From an uncultured Patescibacteria group bacterium (GTDB lineage Bacteria; Patescibacteriota; Microgenomatia; UBA10105; UBA927), in the NCBI GenBank assembly GCA_937921305.1, contig CAKZSU010000005.1, positions 10,740-74,739 on the forward strand: a stretch of 64,000 nt of DNA, written 5' to 3'. Below are positions 27,233 through 37,726 of the stretch, piece after piece. The position numbers and the translations under genes were made by a program. The notes beneath the pieces are model-generated. The model worked only from the letters and a program-made list of their open reading frames with translations. It did not search any database and was not told the DNA's origin. Numbering within the stretch: position 1 is the stretch's first letter; each line of letters starts with the position of its first letter.

Positions 27233-27903
27233 AGACGAGAATCATATTTTTCTTCTTGTTTATTGCATGCTTGTTTTTGTTTTATCTTCTTTCTTTGTTT
27301 GTCAAGCAAGAAAGATTGACGCGGGTCAATTTTGACACGACAGTTCGTTTGCAAGACAACATTCCCAGAAGATTTGATGGATTATTTGAGGATATGGCAT
27401 TTCTTGTGAGTCCGGGAATGTCTATTATCATTGGTATTGCGTTGACTGGTTTAGCGTTTTTCGATATTCGAACCAAGCGAATTCATGTTGCTGCGTTGAT
27501 TATTCCGTTGGCGTTTGTGGGACTTCTTGCCGCCGAGGTTTTTGGAAAGAGCAGAGTAGAAAGTCCAGCGCCACCATTTTTTATGATTAAAAATCCTACC
27601 ACGGTATTTCCTCGTTATCATGTGCAGGAGCAGTATTCGTATCCTTCTGGCCATGCGGCAAGAAGCATGTTTTTTGTCGGGATTGCGTCTCTCATCGTGT
27701 TCCGTTCCATTCGTCGAAGATCGATTGCGTTTGTTTTCTTGATTTGTTTTTTGTGTCTTTCGTTGTTTATTAGCGTGGGAAAAGTGTATCTTGGTCGTCA
27801 TTGGTTGTCTGATATCTTGGGCGGGTGGATCCTCGCGTGGGCGTTTCTTTCACTTTGCGCGGTAGCGTTGTCTAAAAAAATTACGGATGTTTTACAGCGA
27901 TGA
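27229..27903 (+). CDS. PAP2-family membrane phosphatase (undecaprenyl-diphosphate/phosphatidate phosphatase-like)
   Basis: YSYPSGHAARS (C2) and GRHWLSDILGG (C3) motifs, multi-TM. ATGA overlap with the spoU stop. Confidence 0.75.
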   Translation: MKTRIIFFFLFIACLFLFYLLSLFVKQERLTRVNFDTTVRLQDNIPRRFDGLFEDMAFLVSPGMSIIIGIALTGLAFFDIRTKRIHVAALIIPLAFVGLLAAEVFGKSRVESPAPPFFMIKNPTTVFPRYHVQEQYSYPSGHAARSMFFVGIASLIVFRSIRRRSIAFVFLICFLCLSLFISVGKVYLGRHWLSDILGGWILAWAFLSLCAVALSKKITDVLQR

Positions 27904-28174
27904 ATTGAATTTAATGTCCGAACGTATATCATGCTGAATTCATACTTTTATCATGCTGAACTTATCTCGAAAGTCTTACCTACGTTTAGGATGATAAACG
28001 GTACGTTCAGGACGACATAAAGACATAAAAGAGGATCGTTTAGGCGTTTTGTGTGACAGAGTTCTAGGGTTAATACATGACGTTATTGGGTATTGACCAA
28101 GAACATAAACATCGTTATAATTGCATACTGCAATGAGATTTTTTAATATCCACTGCGAAGAGCTTAAAAAAGTT

Positions 28175-28196
28175 CCGGCCAGTGGGCCGGTTTTTT
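28175..28196 (+). terminator. GC-rich hairpin (CCGGCC-agtg-GGCCGG) followed by TTTTTT, ~65 nt upstream of the 16S 5' end. Either an intrinsic terminator or an rRNA-leader processing stem
   Basis: Read directly; an A-run precedes it, so it could also terminate the minus strand. Confidence 0.45.
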
Positions 28197-28259
28197 AATA
28201 CTTCTTTTATATCATTGCTACGATAGCACTTTGACAATCAAATGGTGATAGGAATGTTT

Positions 28260-29895
<1,636 letters not shown>

Positions 29896-30111
29896 TAAAT
29901 AAAAAACTCGAGCCTTGGGAGAAAACGCATACGCCATCCTAGATGGTCGTAGATGGTTTTCAACGAAGGGACGAGGATACGCGCGGATTGTTTCAAGAGC
30001 CGCGCAACAAGTCGTCTAATAACTGCTCATCAATGTGTACAAATGAGCACTGGCGACACTCTTGAGAAACGTTATTCCTGTCACCATTTGGTTGTTGAAG
30101 TCTATAGAAGT

Positions 30112-30510
30112 TTATAAAAGACGTTTCGCTTTCTTACAATCTTCTTGAATCTGTTCTTTCATCGATTCAAAAGAAGGAAACGACTGTGTCTTTCGTATAA
30201 AAGCACGCACCTCTACAGTGACTTCTTTGCCATAGATCATCTTGTTGAAGTCAAATATATGCACTTCAAATAATGGATGTGTTTCTCCAACTATAAGACG
30301 AGGACCGTAATGGAGGATACTTTTATGTGATATTCCTTCAAGTATGGTGACTGCCGAATAAACGCCATATTCAAGTGGAGGCTGATATGGCAATGAGATG
30401 TTTGCTGTCGGAAAGCCTATCTTTCGTCCATCTCCAGACCCTTGTTCTACGATGCCTTTAACAATAATCGGTTGAAGAGTTGGTCCGATCATGGAAGATA
30501 TGATAAGCAA
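30112..30510 (-). CDS. Riboflavin kinase (stand-alone RibF C-terminal-like domain)
   Basis: GIVEQGSGDGRKIGFPTANI matches the riboflavin-kinase motif GxVxxGxxxGRxLGFPTANL; 132 aa. Confidence 0.7.
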   Translation of the reverse strand: MLIISSMIGPTLQPIIVKGIVEQGSGDGRKIGFPTANISLPYQPPLEYGVYSAVTILEGISHKSILHYGPRLIVGETHPLFEVHIFDFNKMIYGKEVTVEVRAFIRKTQSFPSFESMKEQIQEDCKKAKRLL

Positions 30511-30548
30511 ATATACATAATAAAAGAAGACGGAAAGATAGTGTTGAT

Positions 30549-31013
30549 TTATCTTTTTTCCTGCGATGGTTTTTGAACAACCCCATGGTGGAGAAACTGC
30601 CGTACGGTCTCTGTGAGATCCTGTTTTGTATATCGGCTAATGAGTTCAATTTGTCGTATGATTGTTTTTTGAATGCGTTCTGTTGATAAATGTCTATAAA
30701 ATCCTGATGAAACAGAATCTGTTCCAGCTCGTTGTTCTAACTGTGAGATAGCTGAATAAACAAGGAGTAATTTTTCATCATGTGTTAATCCAGGAACTTG
30801 ATCTTCTATTGCTCGAGAGAGCATATCAAATTCAGATTCTTTTCCTTCTTTTATTTGTAACAATCGCTGTAAACGGTCATATTTTGCTTCTTGATTTTTC
30901 ATAATTCGACGAAGTCTCTCTTGTTCTCTTCGTTGATATTCTCTGTAAGTTTTTTCTAATGTTTCTTTTGTCATGATAAAACAACATTTTAATACGATTT
31001 TTGAATTCTTCAA
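30549..31013 (-). CDS. Hypothetical charged, coiled-coil-prone protein (154 aa; start may be an internal Met)
   Basis: No recognisable motif. High K/E/R/Q content. Confidence 0.35.
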   Translation of the reverse strand: MKNSKIVLKCCFIMTKETLEKTYREYQRREQERLRRIMKNQEAKYDRLQRLLQIKEGKESEFDMLSRAIEDQVPGLTHDEKLLLVYSAISQLEQRAGTDSVSSGFYRHLSTERIQKTIIRQIELISRYTKQDLTETVRQFLHHGVVQKPSQEKR

Positions 31014-31035
31014 GAGTGATGATATAATTTTTTCA

Positions 31036-31107
31036 AAAGATGTATGGCGCGTTGGCGAAGTGGAAACGCTGGGGTCTGCAAAACCTCGATGCGCCGGTTC
31101 GATTCCG
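31036..31107 (+). tRNA. tRNA-Cys (anticodon GCA), U73 discriminator
   Basis: Hand fold: acceptor GGCGCGT/ACGCGCC, anticodon stem GGGGT/ACCTC with loop CTGCAAA, T-stem GCCGG/CCGGC with loop TTCGATT. Confidence 0.85.
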
Positions 31108-31436
31108 GCACGCGCCTCAGATCAAAATCGTACATCAATTACTTCTTCCGTTTTTTTCCTAAAAGCTAAAGTTTTATAGCGGCATGTATTCTTTTTGAAG
31201 TTTTATGTGATCTCCAATCCGCAAGTTGGCGGACGATTTCGGTGAAAAAATTAAGAAGGGAGATTTTTCTATAAATTTTTAAGAAGGTAAAAGGGGAAAT
31301 GATAAATTTTTTATCTTATAAAACTTTTATAATTCATACTTAGTGAAGTATATTCGAATATTTTTCATCTTCAGCTATGTAACAGTATTAATAGTACTGG
31401 TATAATTATCTCTATCAAGGTAAAATAATAAACATC

Positions 31437-31508
31437 GGGTGACTAGTTCATTGGTAGAACGCTTTCCTGATAAGAAAGAGGCAGATGGTTCGATTCCATC
31501 GTCACCCA
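31437..31508 (+). tRNA. tRNA-Ile (anticodon GAT)
   Basis: Hand fold: acceptor GGGTGAC/GTCACCC, anticodon stem CTTTC/GAAAG with loop CTGATAA, T-loop TTCGATT. TATAAT at 31401-31406 lies ~30 nt upstream. Confidence 0.85.
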
Positions 31509-32275
31509 CAAACATTTTTTACTTTCTTTGCAACGATAGTCATAAACAGAGGAATTTCTGATCGGGCGAAGTCTTCCGCTTTCGCATATTTTCCTTCACT
31601 TTTTTTATCCGATGTCCATTCTTCGATGTGCGTGATGACAAATCCAGTTTCTCTCAAGCCAGTTACATATGCTGACAACGGTTGATGAAACGACCAGACG
31701 ATTGGTGATCGATGTTGTTTGCTTGGATGAATGGCGATGGGGATGTTTAGAGGAGAAAGATATCGATTCACGCGTCGATACTGAAGTTTATTTTGTTCGT
31801 CAAATCCCCAGCTGGTTTGTCGAGGAATGCGAAACATAGGGTGATTCAGAACGATAACAAATACTCCTCCCGAGTCAAGCGCGGTTGCCGCATGAAGGAA
31901 GACGTTTTTATATGATTCGATATTTTGCAGCGCAAGGATACACACCGCGCGTGCAACGGTTTTTCCTTGAAGAAAGATATATGGTTTCGTCGCATCCGCG
32001 ACAAGATATGTGTGATGATGACTCGTATCTTTCTTTTTTGCTTCCTGTATGAGCGTATTTGAAAGATCAAAACCAACATAATAAATGTCTTTTGGAATGG
32101 ATCGTCCAAAAGTTCCGGTTCCGCAGGCGATATCTAATACGCGGTCAGTTTTTTTCAAATGAAGTAAAGACAAGACTTTTGGAATGACAATAGCTTTATG
32201 AAAGTAATGTCCTTTCTCTTTGGTAAGCTCCGCATACCAATCTCCAATGTGGTCCCATGATGTTTTTGTTGACAT
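31502..32275 (-). CDS. Class I SAM-dependent methyltransferase
   Basis: Motif I VLDIACGTGTFG and a Rossmann-fold methyltransferase layout; 257 aa. Confidence 0.75.
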   Translation of the reverse strand: MSTKTSWDHIGDWYAELTKEKGHYFHKAIVIPKVLSLLHLKKTDRVLDIACGTGTFGRSIPKDIYYVGFDLSNTLIQEAKKKDTSHHHTYLVADATKPYIFLQGKTVARAVCILALQNIESYKNVFLHAATALDSGGVFVIVLNHPMFRIPRQTSWGFDEQNKLQYRRVNRYLSPLNIPIAIHPSKQHRSPIVWSFHQPLSAYVTGLRETGFVITHIEEWTSDKKSEGKYAKAEDFARSEIPLFMTIVAKKVKNVCG

Positions 32276-32350
32276 GTATGAATTGTATCGAATGAACGAA
32301 AGAAAATCACTCTTGCCTGTTTTTAATCGGCAAGAGTGGGATAGTGGGGA

Positions 32351-32500
32351 TTAGTTGGTTGAATCTTCTGCATTATCGTCGCGTGGTTCATCGGTGGTTG
32401 ACGCTCGAAGCGATTGTTCGAGTTGTTCTCGAGCCTTGATGTCCCTCCATATCTTGAGGATTGGCTCTTTTGTTGGTGTTGTGTTCCACAAAGTATCCAT
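32351..32500 (-). CDS. Candidate 49-aa acidic small protein with a near-perfect Shine-Dalgarno (AAAGGAGGTG, 7 nt before the ATG)
   Basis: Hand translation: MDTLWNTTPTKEPILKIWRDIKAREQLEQSLRASTTDEPRDDNAEDSTN. The SD is exceptional in a window where most genes lack one. It conflicts with track ORF 32323-32577 in another frame. Confidence 0.3.
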   Translation of the reverse strand: MDTLWNTTPTKEPILKIWRDIKAREQLEQSLRASTTDEPRDDNAEDSTN

Positions 32501-32605
32501 AATTGTTCACCTCCTTTCATAAACTTTATGCGTTTATATAACCTTATCATATGTGAAAGAAAAGACAAGTCTAGCATCTCTTGACACTATTTGATATGAT
32601 AGAAT

Positions 32606-33238
32606 TTGTTTCCTGTGAAGACTCTATCGGAAATTATTTTTATTTTTGGTATTCGAGAGAGAAGAAAAATTCTCTTCAGTATTCAAGGATTTTATATTAT
32701 CTTCTCGTTTCTAATTCTTTTTGCTTTTTTTCAAGTATATCATGAAGGCGTTTTTTCGTCCAGTTTTTTATCCTTCAGTACAATTGCTGGGAAAATAGCG
32801 ATTGTGTTTTATCTTGCGTCGCTAGTTCCCGGCATCGCGAGACGGCTTCGAATGCATAATAAAATCATTGCGGTATTCATGATGTATCGTCGTCATATCG
32901 GCGTTGTCTCATTTTTCTTTATGCTCTACCACTATATGATGGAGCGGGGCGTGAATCTTATTCGTTTCGGTTTTCCTCGCGCGATTCCACTGACAGAATT
33001 TTTTGGTTCGATGGCGTTTTTTTTTGCGTTTTTGTTAACGGTTACATCGAATGATATCAGCACAAAAACAATGGGCATATGGTGGAAACGACTTCACGCG
33101 TTGACCTATGCGATGGTTTGGTTGATTTTGTTCCATGTGGTATTGCATAGGATAAGCGTGTGGGGAGTGTTATTATTTCTATTTGGAGCATTGGAGGGAA
33201 TATCTTTTATCTATCATAAATCGAAAAGAAAGATGTAA
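32606..33238 (+). CDS. Ferric-reductase-like transmembrane domain protein (MsrQ/YedZ-like heme-binding membrane subunit)
   Basis: Six TMs with conserved His pairs in TM helices (FFFMLYHY, LHALTYAMVWLILFHVVLH). Confidence 0.5.
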   Translation: MFPVKTLSEIIFIFGIRERRKILFSIQGFYIIFSFLILFAFFQVYHEGVFSSSFLSFSTIAGKIAIVFYLASLVPGIARRLRMHNKIIAVFMMYRRHIGVVSFFFMLYHYMMERGVNLIRFGFPRAIPLTEFFGSMAFFFAFLLTVTSNDISTKTMGIWWKRLHALTYAMVWLILFHVVLHRISVWGVLLFLFGALEGISFIYHKSKRKM

Positions 33239-33317
33239 ATCTATGAAGGATTATTTCTTTTCTCAAGTTTGAGAATAACAGGTAAATCTCCAGGCATATG
33301 ATGTTGCAGAGAGCCTT

Positions 33318-33826
33318 TCACAAATGGATGATTTTTATTTCTTTGTTTTGGGTTGAAGTATAGTCTTTCACGGTAAATCCTATTTCTTCAAGCATTCGCG
33401 TGAATTCTTCTCGTTCTTGATATAGACCTCTTGTATAAATATCCACAATGATTACAGATCCTTCATTTTGGAGAATTCTATGAATGGCTCTAAACCAGTG
33501 TGGTTTTTGAGCTATAGATCCTATGTTTCTCATCCATATCTCGCTTGCTTGATTTTCATATTCTTCCATTACTGTTGGATCCTCAATGGATTTTTGTATG
33601 CCACGATAATACGTGGGGAAACTACTTATTCTCTCTAGAGCAGGATCAATACAAAGGTATCTGCAGTCTTGGTAGCGTCCAGATTCGAATTCTCTAATTG
33701 TTTGTCGATGTGTTATTCCTGCGCCTACATCTTCCGATGCACTTCAATAATGAGCTTTGGTCTCTTATCTCTTAATGCTTCCCATTGATGATTTTCTTGT
33801 ATTGGTTGTTGTTCTGGCGACATAAG
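33318..33826 (-). pseudogene. Probable frameshifted or stop-interrupted SAM-dependent methyltransferase
   Basis: ATG at 33826 gives 32 aa then a stop. The +2 frame continues ...SASEDVGAGITHRQ..., a motif-I-like D/E-x-G-x-G-x-G, into the 83-aa track ORF 33318-33569. Two in-frame stops occur in the motif-I frame. Confidence 0.3.
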
Positions 33827-33889
33827 TAAATTTCAATACTAGTATAGCATTTATTATTTTTCATGAAATGATGTAGAATAAAAACATAT

Positions 33890-34459
33890 ATGATCCTCTC
33901 TGATCGAGATATAAAAAAAGCGCTTCAAGAGAAAAAAATCGTTATTGACCCGTTTCCTGATTTAGGGGTTCAGCTTGGATCGTGTTTGTTGGATTTGCGA
34001 CTAGGCGATCGATTTCGCGTGTTTAATCATAGTAAAACGCCATATCTTGACCCGCAAGATCCGAAAACGCTTCAGGATGTCACTACTGAAATTCAGGTAA
34101 AAGAAGGAGAAGCGTTTACGTTGCATCCTGGAGAATTTGTTTTGGCGGTTACAAAGGAATATATAGAAATGCCTGACGATCTCACAGGAAAGCTTGAAGG
34201 GAGATCGTCTATTGGACGGCTTGGGATTGTTATTCATTCAACCGCCGCAAATATCGAGTGCGGGTTTCGCGGAAATATTACGCTAGAACTCGCGAATATG
34301 GGAAGAATTCCTGTGATGCTTCATTCTGGCATGCGGATTTGCTCTATTTCTTTTGAGCAATTGACGACTCCGGCCGATATTCCGTATTATAAAAAGAAGA
34401 CGGCAAAGTATGTGGGGCAGAATGCTCCGTTGGCAAGCAAAATTGCTGAAGAACGATAA
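33890..34459 (+). CDS. dcd: dCTP deaminase
   Basis: dUTPase-like fold motifs GRSSIGRLG and the EQL C-terminal region; 189 aa. TAGAAT lies 10 nt upstream of the ATG. Confidence 0.85.
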   Translation: MILSDRDIKKALQEKKIVIDPFPDLGVQLGSCLLDLRLGDRFRVFNHSKTPYLDPQDPKTLQDVTTEIQVKEGEAFTLHPGEFVLAVTKEYIEMPDDLTGKLEGRSSIGRLGIVIHSTAANIECGFRGNITLELANMGRIPVMLHSGMRICSISFEQLTTPADIPYYKKKTAKYVGQNAPLASKIAEER

Positions 34460-34515
34460 ACATTTTTTCTATTTGACTTTTATAAATCAGATAGTGCATT
34501 ATAAATAATAAATAT

Positions 34516-35286
34516 ATGCTTGAATCAATAATTTCTTGGATACTGCTTTTGGGGTTAGGACTAAAGACTCCACATGAGTTTCCTTCCGTGTTGGGCGACC
34601 AAGATGTCGTGGTTCAATCAACAAGTAATACAGAAGAACAACAGGTTGATTCATTGTTAATCGTGAATACGCAGCGTCAAGAAAAAAATGCTGATACTAA
34701 CCGAATGCGAAAACAACAAGAAGAAAAACCTCAAAAACTGATGCCTGTCATGATACAAGAACAACAAAAAAATAGGGCAGAATTCCAATTGGATATTCAA
34801 GCAAAACGAGAACAGGCGAAGCAGGAAGCTGAAGCAAGGCGAGAATCGTTTCGTAAGCGCCTTGAGAGCATGAAAGATGAGCAAAGGAAAGAGGTTATTA
34901 CTCGAATCGATCAACAATTGTCTGATATAAACACAAGACGGACACAACAAATGTCTGAACGAATAGCTCGGATAGAGAACATGTTGGAGATGTTGATTGA
35001 AAAAGTGAATCGACTAGAATCAGAAGGAAAAGATGGTTCTTCGGTAAAATCGGCGATTGCGCCGGCTCAGGCGGCGTTATCTGTCGCGAAGACGGCGGTA
35101 GAACAACAAGCAAAAAAAGAATACATCATTGGAATCACTATGGAAAGTAGAGTAAGAGAAGATGTTAAACGAACGCTTGATCAGATGCGGAAAGATCTTA
35201 AGTCAACACATGACGCACTAGAGCAAGCGAGAAGTAGTCTTATTTCTGCGGCTCAAGCAGTCGCAATGATTGAGGAGAAAGAATAG
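34516..35286 (+). CDS. Hypothetical membrane-anchored coiled-coil protein (256 aa)
   Basis: N-terminal hydrophobic anchor, then a Q/E/K/R-rich heptad-like region. No catalytic motif. Confidence 0.45.
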   Translation: MLESIISWILLLGLGLKTPHEFPSVLGDQDVVVQSTSNTEEQQVDSLLIVNTQRQEKNADTNRMRKQQEEKPQKLMPVMIQEQQKNRAEFQLDIQAKREQAKQEAEARRESFRKRLESMKDEQRKEVITRIDQQLSDINTRRTQQMSERIARIENMLEMLIEKVNRLESEGKDGSSVKSAIAPAQAALSVAKTAVEQQAKKEYIIGITMESRVREDVKRTLDQMRKDLKSTHDALEQARSSLISAAQAVAMIEEKE

Positions 35287-35292
35287 TTTTGT

Positions 35293-35619
35293 ATGAAAAA
35301 CGTTGATATAACGAAAATTCTTATTATTGTATTTGGTGTGACATTTGTCCTCATTGGGGGACTTTTTGTGTATCAATCATTTATTGTTTCATCTCGACCG
35401 GCAAATCAACAAACTCAAAAAGATGTCATGAAAGAGTATAATATGCTTGACCAATCAGAGATGCTAAATGGTCCAGATACAGGTTTTCCTGCAAAAGCAG
35501 AAAATTCTAATAAAGAGTCAATGCTTGATACAAATCAGATACTTCAATCATTAGAAGAGGAGATTGAGGATCCAACAGTAGATCTTCAATCCATCGAACA
35601 AGAACTTCAAAGACTTTAA
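35293..35619 (+). CDS. Hypothetical small membrane-anchored protein (108 aa)
   Basis: Single TM (ILIIVFGVTFVLIGGLFVY), acidic C-terminus. Confidence 0.4.
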   Translation: MKNVDITKILIIVFGVTFVLIGGLFVYQSFIVSSRPANQQTQKDVMKEYNMLDQSEMLNGPDTGFPAKAENSNKESMLDTNQILQSLEEEIEDPTVDLQSIEQELQRL

Positions 35620-35664
35620 ATTATTTTGGGACTTGACCTTTGGTGGTTAAATACTTAGTAAATA

Positions 35665-37449
35665 TTATTTTACCGTCACACTTTTCGCTAAATTTCTGGG
35701 CATATCAGGATCAAATCCGCGAATAACCGCAAGGTGATAGCCGAGTATTTGGCCTACAACAACTTGTGGAATGATGGTTGCTTCTTCTGCGTCATCCACA
35801 TGGATATAAGTATCGAATAATTCGTGCTTTTTGTACGAAACGCCGATGATGTGTCCGCCTCGCGCTTTCATTTCCATTGCGCCGGCGAGATTTGCTGAAT
35901 AGGTTTCATCGTTTGGGAGAAACGCGATGCATGGCGTGCCTTGTTCTACGAGGGCGAGCGGTCCGTGTTTCAATTCTCCCGCGGGAAGTCCTTCTGCGTG
36001 AATATAGGAAACTTCTTTGATTTTTAATGCTGTTTCCAGTGACGCGGGATAGGAAAGTCCTCGTCCGATTACATATATATGCTCTTTTTTTTCGATACCT
36101 TCCGCAATCGCTTCTATTCGTTCAAGCGATCGTTTTTTGAGAAGGCTGTTCACTGCCAGCGCTGCTTTTTTCACTAGAGCTGTTCCGCGATCAGGATCGT
36201 CTGCCAGCGCTGTTGCGAGAAGAATGAGGTGCGCTAGTTTTGCCGTAAACGCTTTTGTCGACGCGACGCCTTTTTCAGGTCCCGCGGAAAGAAGAATAGC
36301 GTGATCTGCCTCTCGATATAATGTTGATCCCATCACATTTACTAACGCCACAATAAGCGCGCCTTTTGCTTTTGCTTGTTTTACCGCTTCGAGCGTATCC
36401 ATTGTCTCTCCAGATTGCGAAAGAGCGATCACAAGGCTTTTTTTTGTCAGGAAATCTTGTTGATACGAAAATTCACTGCCAATAGCCCAATTCATGTGTC
36501 GTTTTGCGATTTTGGAAAATAGATAAGTTCCGGCGAGGCACGCGTACGCTGCGCTGCCACAGCCAATCATGTATCCACCGTATGACGAAGCGATAATGGC
36601 TGCTAGTTTTTTTACGTCAGAAACGCTATGTTCTGCGATAGTTGCCAGAATCTCTGGTTGTTCATGAATTTCTTTGATCATGTAATGTGGGTATGTTCCT
36701 TTTTCCGCTTGCGAGATCGACCATGAAAGGCGTTGAATCGTTGGGTCTATGTGTTTTCCTGTCTTCGCTTCATAGAGAGACATTTTCTCATCTTGTATGA
36801 CGGCCATTTCGCCGTCTTGCAAAAAGTGAACCTCGGATGTGTGAGGAAGAATAGCTGATGCGTCACTTGCTAACACATGTTCATTGTTTCCAACTCCAAT
36901 AACAAGTGGCGAGCCATTTCGGACAGCCACAAATTTTTGTTCTATTGATGAAATGGCGATAATAGCGTTGAATCCTTCGAACATATTAAAGGCTTTCCGG
37001 ACAGCTTTATCAAAAGGCATAGTTTTTATGTATTCTTCAATGAGATGCGCGGCAACTTCCGTGTCTGTTTCAGATGCAAATATATGTCCTTTTTTTATGA
37101 GGTCTCGTTTGAGAGTTTCATAATTTTCTATGATGCCATTGTGAATGACGGAGATTGTGTTTGAACAGTCGAGGTGTGGATGAGCGTTCTGTTCCGTTAT
37201 GCCTCCATGCGTCGCCCAGCGCGTGTGTCCAAACGCGAACGAAGACGGTGGCATATCGTCAATAGTCGCGTTTCCTATTTTCCCTGTTTGTTTTTTTACG
37301 ATAATTTCAGTTTTATGAGATGTTTTTTGTTGAGGTACAGCGGCGATTCCCCACGAGTCATATCCGCGATACTCCAATCGTTTTAATCCTTCAAGCACGA
37401 TTGTTGGGGCATTTTGTTTTGTTCCAATATATCCAAAGATACCGCACAT
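35665..37449 (-). CDS. glmS: Glutamine--fructose-6-phosphate aminotransferase (isomerising)
   Basis: N-terminal MCGIFGYIG Ntn-glutaminase, two SIS domains, 594 aa. Confidence 0.95.
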   Translation of the reverse strand: MCGIFGYIGTKQNAPTIVLEGLKRLEYRGYDSWGIAAVPQQKTSHKTEIIVKKQTGKIGNATIDDMPPSSFAFGHTRWATHGGITEQNAHPHLDCSNTISVIHNGIIENYETLKRDLIKKGHIFASETDTEVAAHLIEEYIKTMPFDKAVRKAFNMFEGFNAIIAISSIEQKFVAVRNGSPLVIGVGNNEHVLASDASAILPHTSEVHFLQDGEMAVIQDEKMSLYEAKTGKHIDPTIQRLSWSISQAEKGTYPHYMIKEIHEQPEILATIAEHSVSDVKKLAAIIASSYGGYMIGCGSAAYACLAGTYLFSKIAKRHMNWAIGSEFSYQQDFLTKKSLVIALSQSGETMDTLEAVKQAKAKGALIVALVNVMGSTLYREADHAILLSAGPEKGVASTKAFTAKLAHLILLATALADDPDRGTALVKKAALAVNSLLKKRSLERIEAIAEGIEKKEHIYVIGRGLSYPASLETALKIKEVSYIHAEGLPAGELKHGPLALVEQGTPCIAFLPNDETYSANLAGAMEMKARGGHIIGVSYKKHELFDTYIHVDDAEEATIIPQVVVGQILGYHLAVIRGFDPDMPRNLAKSVTVK

Positions 37450-37543
37450 AAACGATTGCTACTGTATAGCTTTTGTCAAAGATCGTCAATAGTTCAAGAT
37501 TTCTATTTTTGATTGTGAAGCAATGGTATACTCACTTCATTTT

Positions 37544-37630
37544 TAGATGCTGAAATGAGTTCAATGTGACGCGGGTATGTTATTGTTGAATCTCGATATT
37601 ATCATCCTGAATGTGATTCAAGATCTGGAG
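37544..37630 (+). repeat. Conserved intergenic motif pair, copy 2, in permuted order: motif B 37544-37570 (TAGATGCTGAAAtGAGTtCAatgTGAC) then motif A 37602-37630 (TCATCCTGAATGTGatTCAAGATCTGGAG)
   Basis: Compare 14498-14590; about 24/27 and 27/29 identities by eye. Confidence 0.6.
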
Positions 37631-37726
37631 GGTGTCAAAGAAGTAAAATTGCTCTCTACGAAAACTTCCTCTTGACGCGGAGCTAAAGGTTTATTAACAA
37701 CAGGAAGGGGTGAATACATTTTTATT

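Noticed and set aside
28231-28259. TTGACA hexamer as the 16S promoter
   Set aside because: It sits only ~24 nt from the mature 16S 5' end with no acceptable -10. rRNA promoters normally lie 100 nt or more upstream, so the true promoter is probably near the ATGCTGAA boxes at ~27930.
37450-37700. glmS ribozyme in the 5' UTR of glmS (minus strand)
   Set aside because: No AGCGCC cleavage-site/P1 core and no recognisable P2 pseudoknot consensus on the minus strand. The conserved motifs here are on the + strand and recur upstream of unrelated genes. glmS ribozymes are not expected outside Firmicutes-like lineages.
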